Source: Candidatus Versatilivorator sp.
Lineage (GTDB): Bacteria; Acidobacteriota; Terriglobia; Versatilivoradales; Versatilivoraceae
DNA: 64,000 bases
Direction: 5' to 3'
NCBI GenBank assembly: GCA_965207735.1
Contig: OZ242296.1
Span: 1,440,001-1,504,000, forward strand
How positions within the stretch are numbered: position 1 is the first letter of the stretch; each line of letters begins with the position of its first letter. Made by a program: the position numbers and the translations under genes. The notes beneath the pieces are model-generated. The model saw nothing but the letters and a program-made list of their open reading frames with translations. It did not search any database and was not told the origin of the DNA. Below are positions 7,933-16,341 of this stretch, in pieces.

Positions 7933-10626
7933 TCAGCCGGGGCGATCCGGGACCGGGACCCGACCGAAATGCGGGGCCTGCAGCTTCACCTCCAGGCGCA
8001 GGCGTTCCAGGATCCGAGTCATCCTGAAGCCATCCACGATTTTCTCTCCATCGCCGGTCTGGACGTAAAACACGTCAAAGGCATAGTCCCTCTCGGTGGC
8101 CAGTTTGGCGGAGATGATATTGAGACCCAGGTCCGCCAGAATTCCGGCAATTCGGTAACTCAAACCCCAGCTATCCCGGGCCTGCACTTCAATGACCGTG
8201 CTGTGGGCGGAGATGTCGTTGTCGATGCGCACTCGGGGAGCCACGGCCAGGCCGGCGCCGCCCCGCTCTTCACGAGACTTGAAGCGCTGCCCGCGCAGCA
8301 GGTCGTCCAGGCGAGTCGTTCCCAGGATGATTTCGGCGAGCACCTGGTCCACCCGGCGGCGCCCCGCCTCGTCGATCAGCAGATGGCTGCCCAGATCGCT
8401 TACGTGGAAGGTATCGATCACGATGCCGTCCTCTCGGGTATTGAGTTGGGCGCTCAACGACCGGATGCCCAAGGCCGTCAGGGTTCCGGTTATCTGGGCA
8501 AAACGCCCGGGCAGATCGCGGGTGGAGAGGTGGAGTTCGTAGTAACCGGCATCCGGGTTGGCAACCCACTCACTCGCCAAGGGCTCTTCCTTGAGATTTT
8601 CGCAGAGACGAATGTGGGTCACGATTTGGGGAAGGGGCGTGTAGAGCGCATATTTCTCGGGCAGGAGAGAAAAATGGTGCAGCACCGAGTCTACCGACAG
8701 ATCGCCCGCCAGTTGCTCCAGGACGCCGCGCTGAATCTCGGCGACCCGGGCGTGTTCGGCCCCGCTGAGATCCTGACCGAACATGAGACGGTCCATGACT
8801 CTGAAATACAAGGACCACAACAGGAAGCGGTTTCTTTCCGACCAGGCAGTCTCATCCACCGAGGTCAAGTCCGCAAAGGTATGCAGCAACAGCATGTTCA
8901 GATTGTCGGTGGTCTCCACGGCCGCGCTGACCTCCTGGACGATCTGGGGATCATCCAGGTCTCTCCGTTGCGATACATGGGCCAGTAGGGTCTGCTCTCC
9001 CACCAGCATCAGGACTTTGTCCCGGTCTTCGGGCGACACACCGAGGCGCTGCAAGGCGCGAACCGCCATGGGCTGGCCGTTACCGGAGGGTCGATCCGGC
9101 CCGCTCGAGCCGGTCTCATGCAAGAGCAGACCCAGGTAGAGGATCGAAGGGTCCTCCACCTGCTCCAGCAAGCCTCGATAATCCTTGAGGCCGGGGTCGG
9201 TCGAGTTGGCCACCTGGTCCAGGCGATCCACGGCCCGCAGCGTGTGCTCATCGACCGAATACCTGCGGCCTCGGGCAATGCCGGGAAGACAGTCCAGGCG
9301 ACCGTACTCCGGCAGGTAGCGGGCCAGGAATCCGAGGTCACGCATTCGTCGCAGCGTCGATCCCACCTTTCCGCTGTTCTTGAGGATGCCCCGGAAGTCG
9401 GCGTGCATGGCAGGAATCCGCCAATGGCGAGCCTGCCAAAGGTGGAGCCGGGACTGCAGCCGTGAAACCATCCGGGGCTGGATGATCTCGGGCTCCATTT
9501 GACTCAGGCGAAAAATCTTCATCCAGCGTTGAGGCGTTTCCTCGTCGCTTCCCTGTTCCGGTTGATCAACCAACCGGAGATATTGGGACCTGAAGACTTC
9601 GCTTCCCTTCAAAAGGGTCGCCTTGTTGCGCTCCAGGCACTCCTCAAAGACAGCCAGCAGCTTCCTTTTCCGCCTCAGGGTGTCTCTCACCAGCAATTCC
9701 AGCGCCGGAAGACGACGAGAATCGTGAAATCCCAGGAAACGGGCCGTTCGAACACCGGACTCGCCCAACAGATCCGACTGAGGTTCCCCCGCCAGAAAAT
9801 GCAGATGGGTCTGAATCTGCAGCAGACGTTCCCGAATTGCCAGAAGCTGCGTCCACTCCCTGGGCGTAATCCCTCCCTTTTTCAGGATCCGGAGAGGGTC
9901 GTCGGTTCCGGCAAGCAGTCTCAGGGACTGCAACAGCGCTCGGCAGCACCACAAACCGCCCGGCCCCGATTCCAGCCCGCCGTTCAGGGCATAGACACTC
10001 CCTACCCCGCCTCCCACCATCTGCCGGTAGTATCCCTCGAGGTCGGAAAGGAAGACCACCGGCTTCTTGACCAGAGTCGACCGGAGCCGCTGGTGCAAAT
10101 CGGATCCCACCGACCCGGTCCCACCCACCCAACGAGAGGACAACAGCTCCAGGCAGAAGCCCATGTCCGACTGAGATCGGCGCAGGCACTCGCGGGAGCT
10201 GAGATGAACGATTTCGCCGTGGATCCCCATGTCCGCCATCCGGGACCGCGTTGCCTCCACGATCCGGCTTGTCTCTCCATCCCGGACCGATCCGGTCATC
10301 AACAACCGGGCCGGGGAAAATGGAGTCAATTCCAGACTGCCGTAAGCGCCCAGAGCCAGCCAACAGGACCTCGCGGTCTGGTCGGGTCGGCCGGGAACCC
10401 TGAGAGAGCTCGGCATCAGCAGGGACTGCAAGCTCAGGTCAATCAAGCGGCAGTGTTCGGCTGCCAGATCCGGAGCCGGCAATCCGCTGAAGTGGCGCCA
10501 TCGCAGCCGCGCCATTCCCCGCCGATAGAAGCGGTCCGGTCGGGTTGGCAGCCGTTCACTGCCCGAGTTGTCCGGTTTCGGCAGATTCATCCAAGCCCCC
10601 GAAACGCCTGAATTGGATTCGTTCAT
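7933..10626 (-). CDS. glnD: GlnD-like protein (NTase-like, HD-like and two ACT domains) with degenerate catalytic motifs
   Basis: LGAYGSLELTPFS, YSVDEHTL, DLPGRFAQITG, VRIDNDISAHSTVIEV, AFDVFYV; start uncertain (10626 or 10590). Confidence 0.8.
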   Translation of the reverse strand: MNESNSGVSGAWMNLPKPDNSGSERLPTRPDRFYRRGMARLRWRHFSGLPAPDLAAEHCRLIDLSLQSLLMPSSLRVPGRPDQTARSCWLALGAYGSLELTPFSPARLLMTGSVRDGETSRIVEATRSRMADMGIHGEIVHLSSRECLRRSQSDMGFCLELLSSRWVGGTGSVGSDLHQRLRSTLVKKPVVFLSDLEGYYRQMVGGGVGSVYALNGGLESGPGGLWCCRALLQSLRLLAGTDDPLRILKKGGITPREWTQLLAIRERLLQIQTHLHFLAGEPQSDLLGESGVRTARFLGFHDSRRLPALELLVRDTLRRKRKLLAVFEECLERNKATLLKGSEVFRSQYLRLVDQPEQGSDEETPQRWMKIFRLSQMEPEIIQPRMVSRLQSRLHLWQARHWRIPAMHADFRGILKNSGKVGSTLRRMRDLGFLARYLPEYGRLDCLPGIARGRRYSVDEHTLRAVDRLDQVANSTDPGLKDYRGLLEQVEDPSILYLGLLLHETGSSGPDRPSGNGQPMAVRALQRLGVSPEDRDKVLMLVGEQTLLAHVSQRRDLDDPQIVQEVSAAVETTDNLNMLLLHTFADLTSVDETAWSERNRFLLWSLYFRVMDRLMFGQDLSGAEHARVAEIQRGVLEQLAGDLSVDSVLHHFSLLPEKYALYTPLPQIVTHIRLCENLKEEPLASEWVANPDAGYYELHLSTRDLPGRFAQITGTLTALGIRSLSAQLNTREDGIVIDTFHVSDLGSHLLIDEAGRRRVDQVLAEIILGTTRLDDLLRGQRFKSREERGGAGLAVAPRVRIDNDISAHSTVIEVQARDSWGLSYRIAGILADLGLNIISAKLATERDYAFDVFYVQTGDGEKIVDGFRMTRILERLRLEVKLQAPHFGRVPVPDRPG

Positions 10627-10852
10627 CTTGGTGATTGAGCAAAAATAAACCAGTCGGACGGTAAGGTAAACCGAAAACAGGCCCGGGGCGGGGTGTTTGT
10701 CCCCCACCAGCTCGACTGCGGGCTCCGCTAACGGGACGCCGCGTTGGCCCTTCTCCGGATCGACTGCTGGCTGCGCCCTCCCTCCGGAGAACGCCCTCTC
10801 ATTGCCCATCGACCCCCTTGGAGACATGCTAAGCCCCACACAAGAAGACTAG

Positions 10853-12550
10853 CCCGCATTTCTCACCAGAGTTCGCACAGGAGCGGTAAAAGGGGCCATG
10901 GAGGCATTTGAGGCCGAGTTTAACAACGTTGGTGGCTGGATCGGTAGGCAAAGGCCAACAGCGGAGGCTTCTGAGGCTCTCCGAGGAACCTCAGGCGGCA
11001 TTTTCCCTCGAAAACAGCGACACCTCTGCCATCGGGCCTGGTGGCCGCGTCTTCAAGGGCCAGGAGTGACGGTCGGGTCAGGGCACCTCAGGGCGGCAGG
11101 TGAGCCCAAGCGATGCGGAACTCCCTCTGGTAAGGACATCCGGAAGCCATGGCGACCTTGATGCGACGGACCGAGATGGTGACCTGAGCGCCGATCTTGA
11201 GCAGTTTGAGTCTGATGGAACCGACGGTGGCCCGGGCCAGGCAGGTGGATTGCAGCGCCCGCCGGCGCAAGCCCTCCACCAGCACATAGGCGAAAGAGGT
11301 CATCAGGAGCCGGAGCTGATTCGCCCGGAAGGAGTGGGTGGAGGTGCGATCGGCAAACAGGTCGAGTTGCTGCTCCTTGATGCGGTTTTCCATCTCACCG
11401 CGGGCACAGTAGATCTTCTCATAGAGGAACTGGGCGGGGTAGTCCTGGACCGACAGAGAGGTGACGACGAAGCGGGGGTTGGGGCCGCGGGGCAGGACCT
11501 CGGCTTTGGCGACCAGGCGGCGCTCGTGGGACCAGCTCTTGTGAGTGCGGTAGGAGAGGTCGGTGAAGATCCGGGCGGGCTGCTGTTGCTGGTCTGAGAG
11601 GGCCTGGGCCTGAGCCAACTCGGGGGCGATGGCGTCTTGGAGGCGGGAGTTGCGGGCCAGGCCGAAGAGATAGTCGACCTGATGCTGCTCACACCACCCC
11701 ATCAGCTCCTCACGGGCAAAGCCGGAGTCGGCCCGCAGCAGGATCTTGACCTGAGGCCAGACACGCCGTAGGCGGGAGACGATGCGCTGGACCTGCTCCA
11801 GAGCGCCGGCGGAGGCATCGATGTTGGCGGGTCTGAGCAGGGCCGAGAGCAGATGGCGGCCCGAGAAGATGTAGAGGGGCAGGTAGCAGTAGCCTCGGTA
11901 GTAGCCGTGGAAGAAGCGGTCCTCTTGTTCCCCGTGGAGGGGATCGTCAGTGGCGTCGAGGTCGAGGATGATCTCATCGGGGGGTTGGGGATGGGCTTGC
12001 AGAAACAGTTTCACCAGGAGGGCTTGCAAGGCCTCGGGGTCGTGGTCAATCTTGTGGTAGCGGGTGGGGCCTTGGGTGGGGGCGTGTTCGAGTCGGTTGA
12101 GGGTGCTCTTGCCTGCCAGGGGAGGCGAGTCGCCACGACGGCCTTTCTCTGAAAACAAGGCCATGAGGGGATCGTGACGGAGTTGGTCGTGGTCGATGAG
12201 ATCCTCGTAGCCGAGGGCGATGCCACGGATGCGCTGAGCGATGAGGGTGCGCAGGCTGTATTGGGTCCGCTTGGGGTCGCGGTGATCGGTGAAACAGTCG
12301 GCCACCTGGTCGGAGAGAGATAAGCCCCGATCCACCCGGCGCAACAGCAGGGAGCCGGCATCGGAAGTGATGGGACCGCCGTCGAAATCAGCCACCACGC
12401 GGCGGCGGCCGTGGGGTTCAAACTCCAGGGGTTTGGTGTTACACTGTGTCGGCATCGGTTCTCCTTTAAGAATCTGGTTAACTCCTTAGACAAGAGTATT
12501 TTACCAGATTCCGAGAACCGATGCTTCCTACCTCTGGTGAGAAATGCGGG
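10853..12550 (-). mobile_element. IS1380-family insertion sequence, 1698 bp, apparently intact
   Basis: Perfect 19-bp terminal IRs cccgcatttctcaccagag (10853-10871) and ctctggtgagaaatgcggg (12532-12550); CTAG flanks both ends (10849-10852, 12551-12554). Confidence 0.93.
11088..12455 (-). CDS. IS1380-family DDE transposase
   Basis: FDGGPITSDAG, GYEDL.DHD.LR.DP, LDLDATDDPLHG, LRADSGF, YCARGEMENRIKE. Confidence 0.95.
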   Translation of the reverse strand: MPTQCNTKPLEFEPHGRRRVVADFDGGPITSDAGSLLLRRVDRGLSLSDQVADCFTDHRDPKRTQYSLRTLIAQRIRGIALGYEDLIDHDQLRHDPLMALFSEKGRRGDSPPLAGKSTLNRLEHAPTQGPTRYHKIDHDPEALQALLVKLFLQAHPQPPDEIILDLDATDDPLHGEQEDRFFHGYYRGYCYLPLYIFSGRHLLSALLRPANIDASAGALEQVQRIVSRLRRVWPQVKILLRADSGFAREELMGWCEQHQVDYLFGLARNSRLQDAIAPELAQAQALSDQQQQPARIFTDLSYRTHKSWSHERRLVAKAEVLPRGPNPRFVVTSLSVQDYPAQFLYEKIYCARGEMENRIKEQQLDLFADRTSTHSFRANQLRLLMTSFAYVLVEGLRRRALQSTCLARATVGSIRLKLLKIGAQVTISVRRIKVAMASGCPYQREFRIAWAHLPP

Positions 12551-12556
12551 CTAGCC

Positions 12557-12608
12557 GTGTAAACCATGTTCCCGGTTTACTGTGTAAACCATGTTCGGCT
12601 TGCACACA
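12557..12608. mobile_element. Probable IS481-like terminal remnant
   Basis: gtgtaaaccatgttc repeated (12557-12571, 12582-12596), ending in ...gcacaca; resembles the repeated-subterminal TGT...ACA ends of the IS481 family. Confidence 0.4.
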
Positions 12609-12744
12609 GAAGCCGAGCCGAATGGCGAAGGCTGATGCGGTGGGGGGCCGACGCCGAGGCCCCAGCCAGGGGTCGCCCCCAGCCCAAGGCCGTCAGGAGT
12701 CGCAGAAGCCGAGCCGAATGGCGACAGCTGATGCAGTTGGGGGG
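12607..12744. repeat. Imperfect direct repeat of about 41 bp, 96 bp apart
   Basis: cagaagccgagccgaatggcga..gctgatgc.gt.ggggg at 12607 and 12703. Confidence 0.75.
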
Positions 12745-12798
12745 ACTGGCGGCCGACATCTCAAAGAGCCGACGTGCACTCTCCGGGGAGACCCCGTT

Positions 12799-12827
12799 TT
12801 GACCCGCTCAAGGCCGTTCTGTATAAT
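12799..12827 (+). promoter_or_regulatory. Sigma70-type promoter of aroA
   Basis: TTGACC (12799-12804), 17-bp spacer, TATAAT (12822-12827). Confidence 0.75.
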
Positions 12828-12882
12828 TCCCCACTTTCCGTCTCACCCCTTCCCACAATCCGGACCCCTCTGCTGACCACTG

Positions 12883-14169
12883 ATGAAAATCACCATCAGA
12901 CCCTCAAGCCGGATCCGGGGCCGAGTGGAGCTTCCCGGCGACAAATCGATCTCCCACCGGCTGGCCATGCTGGGCGCAATCGCCAAAGGGAAAACGGTCA
13001 TCCGGGGTTTTTCCGGCAGCGCCGACTGTACCAGCACCTTGAGCTGCCTCCGGCAACTAGGGGTCGGCATTGAATCGCCGCGGCCGGGCCATGTGGTGAT
13101 CAGGGGGCGCGGGCTTCGCGGCCTGGAAGCTTCCGAGCACTTCCTGGACGCCGGCAATTCCGGATCGACCCTCCGAATGCTGTCGGGCATATTGGCGGGT
13201 CAGCACTTCTCGACAACCATTTCAGGAGACCCTTCCCTGAGGCGGCGCCCCATGCGGCGCATCATCGATCCCCTGTCCCAAATGGGGGCCGAAATACAGG
13301 CAGGCCCGGACAACACGCCTCCCCTCTCCATCAGGGGCGGAGACCTCCAGGCCATCGATTACCCCATGCCCGTGGCCAGCGCCCAGGTGAAGTCGGCCAT
13401 CCTGCTGGCCGGACTCTACGCCTCCGGAACGACCCGCGTGGTCGAACCGCTGGCCAGCCGCGATCATACCGAAATAGCCCTTCGACAATTCGGCGTCGGC
13501 CTGCAGGTATCGGGGAAAGCATTGCAGATTCGAGGGGGTCAGCAGCCCCTGGCGCAGGCGGCTGCCGTTCCCGGAGACCTCTCCTCGGCCGCCTTCCTCA
13601 TCGCAGCCACTCTGCTGCTGCCGAACTCGGAAACACTCATCCCGGGGGTGGGGTTGAACCAGAGGCGCCGGGCCTTGGTGGACGTTCTGATCGGGATGGG
13701 CGCCGCCATCGACGTCATCGAGGAATACCCGCTCCACGGAGAGCTGGCCGGCGACCTTCGAATCCGCTCTTCCTATCTGCGCGGCGGGAGCTTGTCCGGA
13801 GCACTGATCCCGCAGTTGATCGATGAGATTCCCATTCTGGCCGTGCTGGCGCCCCGCACTCAAGAGGGCATCCACATCAGGGACGCCGCCGAGCTGCGGG
13901 TCAAGGAGAGCGACCGGATTCAAAGCATTGTGGAGAACCTGCGCGCGATGGGGGTGGCGGTAGAGGAGTACCCGGACGGGATGTCGATTCCGGGCCGCCA
14001 ATCGTTGCGGGGAGGCCTGGTTGACTCTCACGACGACCATCGCATCGCCATGGCTTTCAGCATCGCCGGCCTGGTGGCCGACGGACCCACGGTGATTGGG
14101 AATGCCGACTGTGTGTCCATCTCCTTTCCCGGGTTTTACGACCTCCTGGCCCGATTGACCCAAGCCTGA
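12883..14169 (+). CDS. aroA: 3-phosphoshikimate 1-carboxyvinyltransferase (EPSP synthase)
   Basis: PGDKSISHR, DAGNSG, ASAQVKSA, ELRVKESDRI, DDHRIAM. Confidence 0.97.
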   Translation: MKITIRPSSRIRGRVELPGDKSISHRLAMLGAIAKGKTVIRGFSGSADCTSTLSCLRQLGVGIESPRPGHVVIRGRGLRGLEASEHFLDAGNSGSTLRMLSGILAGQHFSTTISGDPSLRRRPMRRIIDPLSQMGAEIQAGPDNTPPLSIRGGDLQAIDYPMPVASAQVKSAILLAGLYASGTTRVVEPLASRDHTEIALRQFGVGLQVSGKALQIRGGQQPLAQAAAVPGDLSSAAFLIAATLLLPNSETLIPGVGLNQRRRALVDVLIGMGAAIDVIEEYPLHGELAGDLRIRSSYLRGGSLSGALIPQLIDEIPILAVLAPRTQEGIHIRDAAELRVKESDRIQSIVENLRAMGVAVEEYPDGMSIPGRQSLRGGLVDSHDDHRIAMAFSIAGLVADGPTVIGNADCVSISFPGFYDLLARLTQA

Positions 14170-14183
14170 CAACCAGATAACCC

Positions 14184-14226
14184 TTGACATGCAGACATTT
14201 GTCTGCTAAATATTCTCTTTTTGTTC
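14184..14226 (+). promoter_or_regulatory. imuA promoter with palindromic spacer and candidate LexA box
   Basis: TTGACA 14184-14189; GCAGACA-TT-TGTCTGC 14191-14206; ATTC-N7-GTTC 14212-14226. Confidence 0.5.
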
Positions 14227-14276
14227 CCTTTTTACGACTGCCTCTGAAGTACAGAGGGGTAGCCCCAGGAGAATAC

Positions 14277-14912
14277 ATGTCGGCTTTGCAGGCCAGTATC
14301 GCAAGGGACTTGCGGTCTCGACTCAAGGGAGCGGCAACGGAACCCCGAGGGGAAACACCGCTCTGGTCGCGAATGCAGTTGGCCGGACGCCTGTGCGAAC
14401 TTTCCTCCATTCCCGGATCCGCCCTGCTGACGGCTGCCTTCCGCCTGGTGCTGGACGCGCAGACGGAGGGTGAACCGGTGGCCTGGATTGCAGCGACGCC
14501 GGACACCTTCTTTCCCCCGGATGCCGCTGACAACGGTGTGGACCTGAACGCCCTGGTGGTGATTCGCGTGCCTGGCGCCCAGGCAGCGGCGCGCTCGGCA
14601 GACCGGCTCTTGCGGTCGGGCGCCTTCGGCCTGATCGTGATGGATCTGAACGCCAACCCCACCATTTCCATCCCCCTGCAGGCACGCCTGGTCCAGCAGG
14701 CGCGGACTCACGACACCGCCCTTCTCTGCCTGACTTCCAAAGCCCGGAACGCTCCTTCGCTGGGATCGCTGGTCTCTCTGAGAGGGCAAACCTCCTGCCG
14801 GCGCCTGGGAGCCGATCGCTTCCGGTACGACATCGAATTCCTGAAGGACAGACGCCATGGACCGGGTTGGCGCCACACCGAGATCTGCCGTGGACCGGAC
14901 GGCCTGCATTAA
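14277..14912 (+). CDS. imuA: ImuA/RecA-like protein of mutagenesis cassette
   Basis: LAGRLCELS, FFPPDAADNGVDL, ADRLLRSGAFGLIVMDL; AGGAGA ribosome site; first gene before imuB and dnaE2. Confidence 0.8.
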   Translation: MSALQASIARDLRSRLKGAATEPRGETPLWSRMQLAGRLCELSSIPGSALLTAAFRLVLDAQTEGEPVAWIAATPDTFFPPDAADNGVDLNALVVIRVPGAQAAARSADRLLRSGAFGLIVMDLNANPTISIPLQARLVQQARTHDTALLCLTSKARNAPSLGSLVSLRGQTSCRRLGADRFRYDIEFLKDRRHGPGWRHTEICRGPDGLH

Positions 14913-16332
14913 CATCCGGGCGCTGCCGCTGCAACTCCTGCTGAGGAGACATCCGGAGTGGAAGCAGCGGCCGGTGGCCGTGGTAGAGCAAGAAAAGCCT
15001 CAAAGCCCCCTCCTGTGGGTGAACGCCCCAGCCGGTCGGGCCGGCATCCGGTCGGGGATGCGCTACGCCTCCGCCCTTTCGCTGGACCGGGACCTGTGCG
15101 CCGGGACCGTTTCGGAGCAGGAAATCCGGGAGGCCGTCCGGCAGGTCCATCAACTGCTGGACCGCTTCAGTCCCCGGGTTGAGCCCTGTGAGGATGAGCC
15201 CGGCATCTTCTGGGCCGACGCCGGCGGACTCGACAAGCTCTACAGGACTCTCCAGGACTGGGCCCGGCAGATTGAACTCCACCTCTCCCGGCTGGAGTTT
15301 TCGGCCGGCATCGTCATCGGCTTCAGTCGTTTCGGCAGCTATGCCCTGGCCAAGGCAGAGAGGCTGGTGACGGTACTTCCCTCCCCCGAGGCGGAGCAGG
15401 CCCAAAGCCGCCAGGTAAGCCTGCTGCATCTGCAACTCGATCCCAGGCTGCGCGACCGGCTGGAGAAGCTGGCGATTCACACCCTGGAAGACCTGCTGCG
15501 GCTTCCCGAAGCCGGCATCCAACGCCACCTTGGCGAGCAGGCCCGCAACCTCCGTCGTCTGGCCTCGGGTGAGCTGTCGCGGCCGCTCCAGCCCCGAAGC
15601 ATCCCCCAGCCTCTCCACGCCCGCATGGACCTGAACGAGCCCGACCCTAATGCCCAGAGGCTGCTTTTCCGGATCAAGCAGTTGCTGGACCCCCTGTTGC
15701 GGGCGGCAGCGGAACGATACCAGGCGGCGGCAGCCCTCCAGTTGCAGCTTCGGCTGGAGAACGGAACCCGTCACCGTCAGCGCATCCAGCCGGCCCGGCC
15801 GACCCTGGAAGTTTCGGTCCTGCTGGACCTGGTCCGGTTGCGCCTGGAGAGGGTCTCCTTGTGCGCTCCTCTGCTGGAACTGTGCCTGGAGGTGGAAGCC
15901 GTCTGCGTCTCCGCCGAGACGCGGAATCTGCTGCAGCGCACCCCCCGCCGCAATGCCGAAGCGGCCCTGCAAGCCCTGGCCCGGGTGCGGGCCGAGTTCG
16001 GGCCCGATTCGGTGCTTTCGGCCCGGCTCAAACCGGGACATCTGCCCGAAGCCCGCTGGGAGTGGCAACCCCTCCACGGACTCACTCCAGCCACTCCCCG
16101 GCCGGGCCCCATCCGCCCCCTGGTACGCCGGGCCCATGCCCGTCCCAAGCTTCTCGACTGGAAGAGACCTCCGGGCCTGGAGCCTCTGCTCGGGTATCTG
16201 ATCAGTGGAGGATGGTGGAATCGGGAGGTTCGAAGAGACTATCGGTTCGTCAACACCAACCGGAGAGAGGTGCTCTGGGTCTATTACGATCCACAAGGAC
16301 GTCGCTGGTACTCCCAGGGCCGCGTGGAGTGA
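14857..16332 (+). CDS. imuB: ImuB (Y-family polymerase-like, non-catalytic)
   Basis: PVAVVE, AGIRSGM, FSPRVE, HLPEARW, C-terminal GGWWNREVRRDY; canonical acidic catalytic residues not evident. Confidence 0.85.
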   Translation: MDRVGATPRSAVDRTACINIRALPLQLLLRRHPEWKQRPVAVVEQEKPQSPLLWVNAPAGRAGIRSGMRYASALSLDRDLCAGTVSEQEIREAVRQVHQLLDRFSPRVEPCEDEPGIFWADAGGLDKLYRTLQDWARQIELHLSRLEFSAGIVIGFSRFGSYALAKAERLVTVLPSPEAEQAQSRQVSLLHLQLDPRLRDRLEKLAIHTLEDLLRLPEAGIQRHLGEQARNLRRLASGELSRPLQPRSIPQPLHARMDLNEPDPNAQRLLFRIKQLLDPLLRAAAERYQAAAALQLQLRLENGTRHRQRIQPARPTLEVSVLLDLVRLRLERVSLCAPLLELCLEVEAVCVSAETRNLLQRTPRRNAEAALQALARVRAEFGPDSVLSARLKPGHLPEARWEWQPLHGLTPATPRPGPIRPLVRRAHARPKLLDWKRPPGLEPLLGYLISGGWWNREVRRDYRFVNTNRREVLWVYYDPQGRRWYSQGRVE

Positions 16333-16341
16333 ACGCAAACC

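Noticed and set aside
10627-10839. N-terminal extension of the glnD ORF to 10839
   Set aside because: No GlnD-like residues and it runs up to the IS junction; treated as intergenic
12557-12744. Repeats considered as a CRISPR array
   Set aside because: Only two copies of each unit, no regular repeat-spacer series, and no cas genes in the window
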